DNA of 64,000 nt. Source: Chiloscyllium plagiosum (lineage: Eukaryota). Positions 1-11,604 of the stretch are shown here, one piece after another. The notes under the pieces were generated by a model. It was not told the DNA's origin and ran no database searches. It was given only the letters and a program-made list of their open reading frames with translations. The translations under genes and the position numbers were made by a program. How positions within the stretch are numbered: the stretch's first letter is position 1; the number at the start of each line of letters is the position of its first letter. The stretch covers positions 10,920,911 through 10,984,910 of the forward strand of contig NC_057754.1 of NCBI RefSeq assembly GCF_004010195.1, read 5' to 3'.

Positions 1-330
1 CCCCACCTTGTCTCAGTCAAATCCCTCGAACTCAGCACCGCCTTCCTAACCTGCAATCTTCTTCCTGACCTCTCCACCCCCACCCCACTCCGGCCTATCA
101 CCCTCACCTTGACCTCCTTCCACCTATTGCATTTCCAACGCCCCTCCCCCAAGTCCCTCCTCCCGACCTTTTATCTTAGCCTGCTGGACACACTTTCCTC
201 ATTCCTGAAGAAGGGCTCATGCCCGAAACGTCGATTCTCCTGCTCCTTGGATGCTGCCTGACCTGCTGCGCTTTTCCAGCAACACATTTTCAGCTCTGAT
301 CTCCAGCATCTGCAGTCCTCACTTTCTCCT
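1..330 (+). mobile_element. Penelope-like element 3' end/pseudo-LTR (family A) with minimal hammerhead motif at 205-232
   Basis: C-rich 3' UTR, then CTGAAGA-A-GGGC-TCAT-GCCC-GAAAC-GTC and the conserved tail ending ctgcagtcctcactttctcc. The same repeat follows a Penelope-type endonuclease C-terminus at 34768-35260. Confidence 0.8.
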
Positions 331-339
331 CGAGGACAA

Positions 340-760
340 GCTATCTGAGGAGCAGCACTCCAAAAACTTGTACTTCCAAATAAACCTGATGGACTATAAC
401 CTGGTGTTGTGTGACTTTTAACTTGATCCTTTTAATTTTGTCCAGCCTAATCCAACATCCACATCTTTAAAAAAATGACATCTCAGCTCAGACAATGCAT
501 TAAAGGTGTGAGGTTTGAGTCTGTCTGTATTCCAGCCTGAGTCTGACGGGTTCTATTTCCAAAGTAGGAATTTATAAACTGTCACATGGACTGACTGCTT
601 AAAGACTGTGTGCTTTTTGAACAAAATAGAATGTATCTGTAAATACAAATGTGCAAATGCAAATTCACCCCACTTATTTGTGTGCGTGCGTGTGTGTGAC
701 CGAGCGAGTGTATGAGGGAGTGAGAGAGAGTGTGTGTGCATGTGTATGTAGCATTGATGA
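340..760. mobile_element. Penelope-like family B fragments plus GT/GA microsatellite
   Basis: ggactataacctggtgttgtgtga (391-414) matches the repeats at 20050-20140 and 26195-26421; 500-560 resembles 20295-20340. Confidence 0.55.
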
Positions 761-1469
761 CTCAGCAGTATACGAGTCAATTGTGCCTGGAATTTTTAAA
801 ATATTAACCCAATCACAAAGGAAAAATGTTTGTTTTACATCTGCAGATAATTATTACCCAAATCAACCCTTTTTGAAATGCAGGAACCACCTGAACTGTT
901 GATCATTTGTTATTGTTATTTTTGGTTATCCATTTCTCTTCATTTTAATTTCTCTTTGGTTGAGATAGAAGTTCACATCAGTTTACATTTCAGAACAATT
1001 ATGTTCACATTCGGTGGTTTAAAATGATGAAGTGCTTGCCATTAACTTAGAGGTAACTTTCAAATCTTCTGTTCTCAAATGCTTTGTGTTGAATGAAAAC
1101 AAATGGTCTGAATGGTTAAGGCTAAGTCATTAAAAGGCAAAGCCTTTTTAGTTCATATTGTCACCACATTGCGATGTTTGATGTCTGTAGTTTCTTCATG
1201 ATTTCATTAAAAAGTCCATAATCCTTACTGCAGAATCAGCTCCAGGTTTGCTCTGGAAATCACAGTTAACTCTTTAAAAAGCACAGACACAAGAGCCCAA
1301 AGGGTGAACGTGCCCATGAGAACAACCAAAGGGTTAAGAGCTACAATAATACATGGAGAGCCAGTGCAGATACAATCGGCTGAGTGGCTACTTTCTGCAG
1401 TATAACAGTTCTGTCATTCAGAAGTGTCAGATCTGAAATATCCTTGAGAAATGATGAGGTATTAATGCT

Positions 1470-2700
1470 CTGGTTACAATCTAATTGCTGAGTCAGGATA
1501 TTGTGAGTTCAATCACCCCATCCAGAGTCTTCACCATAAAATTTTGGATAATATTCTGATGCAGGACTGAGGGAGCACTGCACTGTCAGAAATCCGTCAT
1601 TCAGAGGGAACCTTTAGATGTAGCCACATCTGCCCTCACAGGTGGACATCAAAGATCCCATGATGTTGTGATGATGCAGTTCCTTTAGCAAGGTTATGTT
1701 GTCCTTGGTTTTTTACAAAAAGGGTTGTAAAAGGCAGAGGTTCCAATTTGTCTGGGGTTTGTGGTCTTTGCTTATGGCTAACAGATACTGTCCAAGCCAG
1801 GGAAAAGGCTTTTAGTTTCTTTTAAAACAGTTGTACAAAGAAAGGGGAGTGGCCCGTTCCAGGATTTTTCTAGTTTCGTTTAGTTTCAGCTAGGGACTGA
1901 GAGACACAGCTGCAGTGGAAAGAGGTTTAGCAAATGATCCCTGGTTGATCCTCTCTCTCTCTCCCTCTCTCTCTGACATCTCTCCTGTAAGAACTTGTGT
2001 TTGAGTTTACCTTTTTGCCAAGTGGTGTATTTATTGGATGCTGTGGGAATTGGAGCAGCTCTTTGTTAAGTTGCAGGGGATATTGTGTCAGTCGGGTTTT
2101 CAAATCATTCTTATTCAAACTTCTGTTTTCTTTTGTTTGTGTTTCCTTTGATGGTGTGTAAATACATTTTATTTTACTTGAAGCCAAATGGTCTGACCAG
2201 CTGCATCACTCCTGGAATATCCACCTTACATCTGGCTGAAGCAACTAGAAAAGTCAGGGGCTGGGCTAACTTCTTAAAATGTTTAGAGGGGGTCTGGCCT
2301 GATGAAGGGCTTTTGCCCGAAACGTCGATTTTACTGCTCCTCAGATGCTGCTGAGCTGCTGTGCTTTTCCAGCACCATTCTAATGTAGACTCTGGTTTCC
2401 AGCATCTGCAGTCATTGTTTTTACCTGATAAATAACCATGCTATTTCAAAGAACAGGGCAGGGCTCAGATTTACTGTCCAATGTACACCCTTCAATAATC
2501 ACCACTGAACTGAGTGTCTGTCACAGCCAGGTTTCTGTTGCGAACTCGGTTTCTCTCCCTACAGATACTGCCTGACCTGCAGGGTATTTCCACCATCTTA
2601 TTTCTGTTTGTTGCACCCAATCTAGCTGCTGTATCTCCTTCAACAGTAACGACACTTCACAAGGGCTTTCAGTTGTTGTGAAACACATTAGGACATTCTG
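1470..2700 (+). mobile_element. Old Deu-domain SINE (SacSINE1-like), split by an LTR
   Basis: gcaggactgagggagcactgcactgtcaga...ctgccctcacaggtggacatcaaagatcccatg (1561-1661) resumes as gctatttcaaagaacagggcagg at ~2440. Recognised from memory of the Deu domain. Confidence 0.55.
1667..2438. mobile_element. Solo LTR-like element containing a Penelope family A fragment (2299-2425)
   Basis: Starts TGTG; its right end (gggtctggcct...ataac) is the reverse complement of the TGTTATGG...CCAGACCC start of the LTRs at 49511 and 60253. Intact hammerhead core at 2299-2326. Confidence 0.6.
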
Positions 2701-3338
2701 AATATGTGAAAGTCATTTTCTAAACACAAGCCTTGTATTAACTTTGAAGGAAAGGCTCAAGAACAGGTAAATAACAGGACGTCTATCAGTCTCCTCCAAT
2801 CTGAAAGAAATCAGTGACACATACTGTGTATCTGATGTGATTGAAATGTGGATAATTAAACACCAGTCTGGTTAAAGAGATTATGCATACCCATGAAAGT
2901 AAACCCCAACTGTAAGGTTGAACATAGTTCAGTTCTGCATGCAATAACAGCAAAATGTGACCTCGCTGGTGTCTCTGACATACGGACGAATCATTGAATG
3001 CCTCGTCACAATGTGGAAGAATAAAATTACTTATTCAGCCAGCATGAGAGATAGAATAGCTCAATGATTAAAACTTAGTAACATAAAAGAAAAAAAAGTT
3101 TAAGGATTAAAATATGTTATGATTAATAGTAATGGTATTTAGCGAACAGCAAAAAGCAGTAACCATTTTAAAGTAACTTGTTTTTCAAGCAGACATTTTG
3201 TGGTCATAATTCATTAGCTTTGGTGAGTATGGGCCTTATTGGATAGAATCCCCGGGAAAGAACTCATAGCTTCTATGATCTGAACAAGCTGTGACTTGTA
3301 CTATACTAACTGTGAAGTTATAAAACTGTAGCTCCATT

Positions 3339-4618
3339 CATAGAGTCATAGAGATGTACAGCATGGAAACAGAGCCTTCGGTCCAACCCGTCCATGCCGA
3401 CCAGATATCCCAGCCAAATCTAGTCCCACCTGCCAGCACCCAGCCCATATCCTTCCAAACCCTTCCTATTCATATACCCATCCAAATGCCTTTTAAATAT
3501 TGCAATTGTACCAGCCTCCACCACTTCCTCTGGCAGCTCATTCCATACTTGTACCACCCTCTGTGTGAAAAAGTTGCCCCTCAGGTCTCTTTTACATCTT
3601 TCCCCTCTTACCCTAAACCTATGCTCTCTAGTTCTGGACTCCCCCACCCCAGGGAAAATACTTTGTCTATTTATCCTATCCATGCCCCTCATAATTTTGT
3701 AAACCTCCATAAGGCCACCCCTCAGCCTCCGACGCTCCAGGGAAACAGCCGGAGCCTGTTCAGCCTCTCCCTTTAGCTCAAACCTTCCAATCCTGGCAAC
3801 ATTCTCTCTGGTTAGGCTCCATTTGGAGTACTGTGTCCAGTTTTGGTCCCCACTGGCTGAGGATCCTGGGATTGTATTCATTGGAGTTTAGAAGATTAAG
3901 GGGAGATCTTATAGAAACTTACAAGATAATACATGGCTTGGAGAGGGTGGACGTGAGGAATTTGTTTCCGTTAGGCGAGGAGACTAGGATCTGTGGACAC
4001 AGCCTTCGAATTAGAGGGGGTAAATTCAGAACAGAAATGCGGAGAGATTTCTTCAGCCAGAGAGTGGTGGGCCTGTGGAATTCATTGCCACAGAGTGCAG
4101 TGGAGGCTGGGACGCTAAATGTCTTCAAGGCAGAAATTGATAAATTCTTGATGTCACAAGGAATTAAGGGCTATGGGGAGAATGCGGGTAAGTGGAGTTG
4201 AAATGCCCATCAGCCATGATTGAATGGCGGAGTGGAATCGATGGGCCGAAGGCCTTACTTCCACTCCTATGTCTTATGGTCTTATTAAGTGTAAGTCCTG
4301 CTAAGATTTGCTTTCCCAAAATGCAGCTCCTCACATTTATCTGAATTAAACTTCATCTGCCACTTCTCAGCCCATTGGCCCATCTGGTCCAGATCCTGTT
4401 GTAATCTGAGGTAACCTTCTTCGCTGTCCACTACGCCTCCAATTTTGGTATCATCTTCAAACTTACTAACTGTACCTCTTATGCTCGCATCCAAATCATT
4501 TATGTAAATGACAAAAAGTAGAGGACCCAGCATCGATCCTTGTGGCACTTCACTGGCCGCAGGCCTCCAGTCTGAAAAACAACCCTCCACCAACACCCTC
4601 GTCTTCTACCTTTGAGCC
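3339..4618 (-). mobile_element. CR1 LINE fragments (3' end 3339-3805, RT 4285-4618) flanking an oppositely oriented CR1 piece
   Basis: Translations [20 protein letters not shown]...KFEDDTKIGG and RLRGGLMEVYKIMRG...FFTQRVVQVWNELP; ctatgactctatg-type tail. Confidence 0.9.
3857..4284 (+). mobile_element. CR1 LINE 3' end (different subfamily)
   Basis: LGLYSLEFRRLRGDLIETYKI...FFSQRVVGLWNSLP; tail cctatgtcttatggtcttat. Confidence 0.9.
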
Positions 4619-4816
4619 ACGTGGAATTTTATCATATCTGCTCTTGTTGCTAAAATGAATAAGCCATGCGTTGATTTTCCCACAATTTTGTTATAAAAGA
4701 CTGTAATCTGAATAATTCTTTGGAGCTGCTTCCTATATGGTTATAGGACCTCTTCCCATCATAATTAAGAAAAATAAAATTGGTTTTGGACAAAGAAGTC
4801 ATTTGTCTAGCCTTTG

Positions 4817-5020
4817 AGGAGAAAGTGAGGTCTGCATATGCTGGAGATCAGAGCTGAAAATGTGTTGCTGGAAAAGCGCAGCAGGTCAGGCAGCATCCAG
4901 GGAACAGGAGAATCGACGTTTCGGGCATAAGCCTGAAGAAGGGCTTATGCCCGAAACGTCGATTCTCCTGTTCCCTGGGTGCTGTGTGACCTGCTGCGCT
5001 TTTCCAGCAACACATTTTCA
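4817..5020. mobile_element. Inverted Penelope family A pseudo-LTR pair, 14-bp TSD
   Basis: Arms ~4854-4933 and ~4941-5020 are reverse complements; atttgtctagcctt at 4801-4814 and 5021-5034; intact hammerhead core at 4933-4960. Confidence 0.85.
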
Positions 5021-5068
5021 GATTTGTCTAGCCTTGTTTGGGATCAGTGAAAACTTCGATGGTTATTT

Positions 5069-5086
5069 TGGAGGTCCCACCGAGAT
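5069..5086 (+). promoter_or_regulatory. Retroviral primer-binding site complementary to tRNA-Gln 3' end
   Basis: TGGAGGTCCCACCGAGAT is the reverse complement of the vertebrate tRNA-Gln 3' end ATCTCGGTGGGACCTCCA (18 nt). Confidence 0.88.
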
Positions 5087-5391
5087 TGCTTGCTGTTTGC
5101 AGAGAATCTATAGAAGAGAACACTGTCACCTTCCAAGGTGGAAACCTGAGCTGGCAAGTGGTGACCCTTGATCACCAAGTGGGTTCTGTCCTTGGATAGC
5201 GTGGCATTGCTGCCTGTCTGCATCTGCGAAGGTTCTGCGATCAGCAAGGCTCATTTCCATGCTTCATTTACTATCTCTCCCTCGTCTGGTCCCACGGACC
5301 CAGTCTGGTGCGATTTCACTCTGGAAAAAAAACAGGTACGGTTGACATTGATAAAGAGTTGCATTAAGTTTTGAAAAATTGCTAAATAATA

Positions 5392-7698
5392 ATTAGAGGT
5401 TTGCTGGAGCTCTTTGGGAGGGTTTAAACTAGTTTGGCAGGGGGATATGAATGGTACTATGGATCAGAGGACGGGGTAGCTGGGGAACAGACAGATACAG
5501 CGTGCAAAGAGTCTGTGAGGAAGGATAGACAGTTAATAGGAAAAGTTGCAGTCAGTGTGATGTATTGAAGTATGTCTATTTTAACACAAGAAGTATCAGG
5601 AATAAGGATATTGAACTTAGACCATGGATCAGTACTTGGAGCTACGCTGTTGTGGCCATTACAGTGACTTGGATATCACAGGAGATGGAACAGTTGTTGG
5701 ATATTCCACAGTTTGGATATTTCAAAAGGAATAGGGAGGGAGGTAAAAGAGGTGGGGGAAGTGGCATTGCTAATCAGGGATAGTATAACAGCTAGGCAAA
5801 AGTGAGGACTGCAGATGCTGGAAACCAGAGTTTAGATCAGAATGGTGCTGGAAAAGCACAGCAGGTCAGACAGCATCTGAGGAGCAGGAAAATTGACGTT
5901 TTGGGCAAAAGCCCTTCATCAGGAATAGAGGAGTAGTATAATAGCTGCAGAAAGGGAGATCCTTGATGATGGTCTGTCTACTGAGTCAGTATGGGTGGAA
6001 GTCAGAAACAGGAAAGGAGCAGTCACTTTATTGGGAGTTTTCCATAGAACTCCCAGTAGCAACAGAGACATGGAGGAGCAGCTTGGGAGACAGATTTTGG
6101 AAAGGTGCAGAAGTAACAGAGTTGTTGTCATGGGTGACTTCTACTTCCCTAATATTGATTGGAACCTCCTTAGTGCAAATAGTTTGGATGGAGCAGATTT
6201 TGTCAGATGTGTCTAGGAAGGATTCTGGACTCAGTATGTAGATCGGCCGACTAGATGGGAGGCCACATTGGATTTGGTGCTTAGCAACGAACCAGATCAG
6301 GTGTCAGATCTCTCAGTGGGAAAGCGTTTTGGTGATAATGATCACAACTCCCTGACCTTTAATTCTTTGAGTGATAGAAGCAGACAGTGTGAGAAAGTAT
6401 TTAATTGGGGAGGGGGAATTACAATGCTATTAGGCAGGAACTGTGGAGCATAAATTGGGATCAGGTATTCTCAGGGAATTGCATGACAGAAATGTGGAGG
6501 TTGTTTAGGGAGCACTTGCTGCAAGTGCTGGATAGATTGGTCCCGTTGAGGCAAGGAAGGGATGGTACGGTGAAGGAACCTTAGACGATAAGAGATGTGG
6601 AACATCTAGACAAGAGGAAGGAAGCTAACTTAATTTTGCGGAAGCAAGAATCAGACAGGGCTTTAGAGGGTTACAAGGTCACCATGAAGGAACTGAAGAA
6701 TGGACTAAGGGGGGGGGGGGGGGGCATGAGAAAGCCTTGGCGGGTAGGATTAAGGAAAACCCCAAGGCATTCTACACTTATGTGAGGAACAAGAGGATGA
6801 CCAGAGTGAGGGTAAGGTGTATCAGGGTTAGTGGAGGGAATTTGCACCTGGAGTTGGAGGAGGTAGGGGAGACCCTTATTGAATACTTTGCTTCAGTATT
6901 CGCTGGTGAGAAGGACCTTCTCATTTGTGAGGACAGTATGAAACATGCTGATATGTTCAAACAGGTTGATGTTAAGAAGGAGGATGTGTTGGAGAAACTT
7001 TGAGAAGTATGAGGATATATAAGTCCCCTGGCCCAGATGGAATGTACCCAAGGTTACTACAGGAAGCTAGGGAAGATATTGCTGCATCTTTGGCGATGAT
7101 CTTTGCATCCACAATGTCCATTGGAGTAGCACCACGTGATTGGAAGGTGGCAAATGTTATTCCCTTGTTCAAGAAAGGGAATAAGAATAGCCCTGGGAAT
7201 TACAGTTCAGTCAGTCTTATGTTGGTGGTGGGCAAATTATTGGAGAGGATTCTGAGAGACAGGATTTATGATTATTTGGAAAACTATAGTTTGATTAGAA
7301 ATAGTCAGCATGGCTTTGTGAGGAGAAGGTCATGCCTTACAAGCCTTATTGAATTATTTGAGGATGTGACAAAACATATTAATGAAAGTAGAGCTGTGTA
7401 TATGGATTTTAGCAAGGGGTTTGATGAGGTACCCCATGGTAGGCTCATTCAGAAAGTAAGGAGGCATGGGGTTTCAGGGAAATTTGACTGTCTGCATACA
7501 GAATTAGCTGGCTCATAGAAGACAGAAGGTGGTAGTAGATGGAAAGTATTCAGCCTGGACTTCGGTGACCAGTAGTGTTCCACAGAGATCGGTTCTGGGA
7601 CCTCTGCTGTTTGTGATTTTTATGAATGACTTGGATGAGGAAGCAGAAGGGTAGGTTCGTAAGTTAGCTGAAAACACAAAAATTGGTGGTGTTGTGGA
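5392..7698 (+). mobile_element. Decayed CR1 LINE ORF2 (APE endonuclease + RT), 3'-truncated; Penelope fragment inserted at 5794-5933
   Basis: YFNTRSIRNK, VVVMGDFYFPNIDW, KSPGPDGMYPRLLQE, QHGFVRRRSCLTSL, YMDFSKGFD; many stops and frameshifts. Confidence 0.92.
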
Positions 7699-7699
7699 T

Positions 7700-10600
7700 A
7701 TTTTCCATGCAGTCACATCATTCCTCACATATGCCTTCTCCCTCTTCTTGTTCTCTGGACTCTGGGAGTTTAGTTGTGAGGTTAACTGGGCTGGCCCAAA
7801 CAAAGTGGAGATTGAGGGCTTCTAAGACTGCTGTCCAGTGGATCCACCTAGCTGCTGTTACTTACAATACTCTATTCATTGACAGTGGAACATGTACTGT
7901 GGTGGGACACTTGACAGTTAATTTTTGGTGAGGACCAAATCTGCGATGCCCAGTATGGCTGGGCATATGGCTTCCATAGCACTCAAACAGCTTCCCCATC
8001 CCAGTTCTACTGCATCCAGTTCTGCTGAGTAGTATTCAATAGGTCTTTGTAAATCTCCGTATTCTTACATCAGTACTGCTGTCATGTATCTTCTTTATCA
8101 TTTACAAAAAGGGTAAATGGCTTCCCATTTCAGGAATTCCCAAAGGTGATGCAGAGCATAAGATCTTTGTAGATTCCTGAAAGGCTTTTGTTGCTCCTCT
8201 GTGAGGGTGATAACGTCCTTTGATGTTCTCTTGCCCTTTAAGAGATCGCTCAGAAGCTTTGCTAGTTGTGTGTAGGAGTCGATCTAGTTTCTGTTAAAAT
8301 CCTAAAAAAAGATCTGAATTCCTGGATAATACTGGGTTCTTGGGTCTTCCGAATTGCGGCAATTCTGTCCTGGGTAAGTTCTCTTTTTCTCTCTGAAATC
8401 TTTTGTCCCAAATACACAACCTCTTCCTGCAACACTTGAGCCTTGTTAAAATTGGCTTTATGTCCTTAGGAGTACAAGTGGTCCAGCAGGATTCGCAGAT
8501 CCTGTTCATGCTGTTCCTCTGTATTGGAGGTGAATAGAATATCATCCACGCTCTGAATAAGTGTAAAAGGCATAGTGGGCGAAGGGCTTATGCCCGAAAC
8601 GTCGATTCTCCTGTTCGCTGGATGCTGCCTGACCTGCTGCGCTTTTCCAGCAACACATTTTCAGCTCCTCTGTATTGGAGGTGAATAGAATATCATCCAC
8701 GCTCTGAATAAGTGTAAAAGGCATAGTGGGTAATTCTCGCAAGTGATTTTACAGGCCATATGAATTATAGTAGGACTGCTGTGGAAACCCGGTGTACTGT
8801 TGTTTCTGGTTCATGAGGGCAAACTACCATTGGACTTCAGGTGCCAAGGGTATCAACCAGAATCAATTGGCCACATCTATCACTGCAAAGGATTTATGTT
8901 CTGATGTGAGAGCATTAAAAATGGTCATGAGATCCGTGACCAAAAAGCTTTCTGATCAATGCATTGGCTGGCCCTCTGTAGTCGATGATCTGGCACCAAG
9001 TAATGAAGGGCTTATGCCCAAAACATTGATTCTCCTGCTCTTTGGATGCTGCCTGACCTGCTGTGATTTTCCAGCATCACACTCATGACTCTGACTCCAG
9101 CATCTGCAGTTCTCACTTTCTCCTGTTGCCAAGTAATGTCAGGTTTCCTCACCCACCATACAGGGCTGGTGGAGGAGCTGTGTGTTTTTACCAATATGCC
9201 TTTTTCTTCCAGTTGTCACATGACAGGCAAGTACCCGACAATTGAGACTGGGTTAATGGGATATTGTTTGGCGCTTGGAGAGGTGACTCTGGTGAATGGT
9301 GCTGGTTCCATTTGGAGCAAGCTACAATTGTTCTTACCTTTTGCCCAGATTGGGTGGTCTCTTAACTTTGCCTTTTTCATGCATCTTATAGACCAGGTCA
9401 TTTTACCATCTTCAAAGTGCAAGTAAGAGTTTATCTGGGTCAGAAATGTTCATTCCCAAGACAGCCTGTTCCACTAGTCCTACCGAAATCCAAGTTGTTC
9501 ATTCTTGCGAGTCCAATTCATTGGGCACCAGACATGTTCACAGTAAGACTTTCAATCCCCACTCTACATACTGTTAGTGTTTTCCTGTCTAAGGGCAGCC
9601 TTTGTCCATAATAGAGGTAAACAGGTTAATTCCGCTCCAGTATCCAAAAGACAATCTATTTCTTGGTTGGCCACCCTAATTAAGATATCAGTTCCATCCC
9701 TCTATTGTTGCACTAGAGCTATCTGGGGTATGGTAAGTGAGAGGGTGGGCTCTCCTCGCTTTTTGTTATCTTCAACATTTCCTTCTCTCATTCTGCAGTC
9801 ATAACCTTTCTCCTATTCACAATTGTTCTGGAGAAGGGTTTGATCCTGATTTAGAGTTGCCTGCGCACCACCTTGGTGATCTCATCACTTGGCCCTACAA
9901 GTCTTGAAGAAAGTGAGGACTGCAGATCAGGAATGAAGAAGAGCTTATGCTCAAAGTGTTGACTCTCCTGCTTCTCGGATGCTGCCTGACCAGCTGTGCT
10001 TTCCGGCACCTCGCTCTTCTACCCTAGAAGTCTTTGCCCTTTTTGCAGCAATGATAGCGTTTGTTGGGGGTCCTTCCTCACAGTTGTTTCTCACTTGGTT
10101 TTCCCCCTGTGACTTGCATTACTTTTAGCTCAGCACTTATGTCCCTGTCCAGCCTATGGCACCGACAGATCAGACTTCCCACTGTCACTAAATGGTCCTT
10201 CCAGTCATGATGGGCTACTTGCAACATTTAGCTAGTTCCTGCTTCAGTCCTGTCACAAAGACAGCCTTTAGTCATCCCACACTGCTGTCATCCAAGTCAT
10301 TGGGTATCCTAATGTCAAATCCAGAGTGATCTGACCATGCCACCTTAAACCTTTTGAAATAATGAAGTGGACCCTCACACATATTTTTAATATATACCAT
10401 CAGCTTTGTCCAGTCCATCTCAAAACCAATTCCGATCCCATCTCAATGATGTTCGTTCTCGCCCAATCCTTTCCACGCTATCCTATTCAATCTTTTTCCT
10501 TCACTAAGAGGCATCAGCATTGACAATACTTGGACCCCATCTATCATGTGCAGTTTGTAAATACTCCTCAGCCATTCCGGTTGCTCCAATGTTTTCATCC

Positions 10601-11080
10601 CTCCACCACCACCCAACCCCGACCCCCCTTCTCTTTAGATCATTTATCTACCTTTTCTGGGTCCACAGACATGTGGTTGAAATGTTTTCTATAAGCCTAA
10701 ATGGTGATAGTGCACCCATTGTCCCTGTTGTCTCTCTCTGTTTTATTTTAACCTTCATCCCTTTAGGGGAGCAGGCTGTGGTTTGGTCTCTTTTTCTGAG
10801 TTACCACAGGAGTCCGATTCTGGGACTAAAGTGGCCTCCCTCCATGGGTTCTTGGCCAATTGGTTTAAACAGGGGTATCTGATCCAGGATTTGGCATACT
10901 TTCCTTTGGGATCAGGGGGCTTATTAGGCTCTTTAGTTACTTGTTTCTGTAGTTTCTTGTTTTCTGACTCTTAGTCCTCACACTTTCTTTCAGATCCCTG
11001 CACTTCCTTTTTAGCCCCTGTTAATTCTTCACACACCACTATTAATTGTTCTTTAATGCTGATTAAATCTCGCTCATATC
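7700..11080 (-). mobile_element. Decayed endogenous retrovirus-like gag-pro-pol
   Basis: Manual minus-strand translation: gag-like DWTKL...YFKRFKVAWSDHSG...VFVTGLKQE (~10240-10420); protease IDCLLDTGAEL (~9626-9660); RT IDVAN*FWLIPLAPE, GFHSSPT, LIQSVDDIL; connection domain KPFTLFV...QRPIEYYSAELD...VTAARW. No integrase, env or matching LTR seen. Confidence 0.85.
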
Positions 11081-11139
11081 AAGAGTGTGTTATAATTTCG
11101 TTTTGCTGTCAGACCTGTCCCTTAAGGGCAAGGGACCAT

Positions 11140-11445
11140 CTTTACAACAATATGCAGGTGGACAGTCTTTACCCAACAAAAATGTGTTGATGTACAGCGA
11201 CATTGTGATTATTTTCAAAACCTATCCTACAGATACACAATTGTATCAAGGTTTTATCTACAATATTAGCCCCTTTGATACAGCAGTGTTTAATAACATC
11301 AATACAAACAGTCTGATGACCAAGGTTTATTCCTTAGTGTGGGTAAAAGCAAAGCCCTGTGGTTCTTTGTGAATTTGTTGGTGTGTTAACAAACAGCAAA
11401 GCCTTTTACACAAACACAGCAGATGAATGGGATCAAGTTAGTGTC
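11140..11445 (-). repeat. Paralogue of the segment immediately 3' of the ZNF gene (37328-37640)
   Basis: Long shared blocks such as ggtggacagtctttacccaaca and aaatgtgttgatgtacagcgacattgtgat. Confidence 0.85.
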
Positions 11446-11604
11446 ATTTGATGGGAAAAATTGTGGCTACTTTATTTTGAGGTATTTTAGGTATTGGAGG
11501 TGATTTCCTTGAATTCCAGGAACAGCAATTACTGTTTGATAAGCTGTTGCATTGTTTTGGAACTTTGGGGGAAAAAGATCAAAACAACAGCACTTGTAAA
11601 AGTG

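Larger units (their letters stand above)
4621..5390 (+). mobile_element. ERV 5' LTR remnant + primer-binding site + leader
   Basis: TATAAAA (~4692), AATAAA (~4773), then TGGAGGTCCCACCGAGAT at 5069-5086. Left boundary uncertain and the terminal CA is not preserved. Confidence 0.7.
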
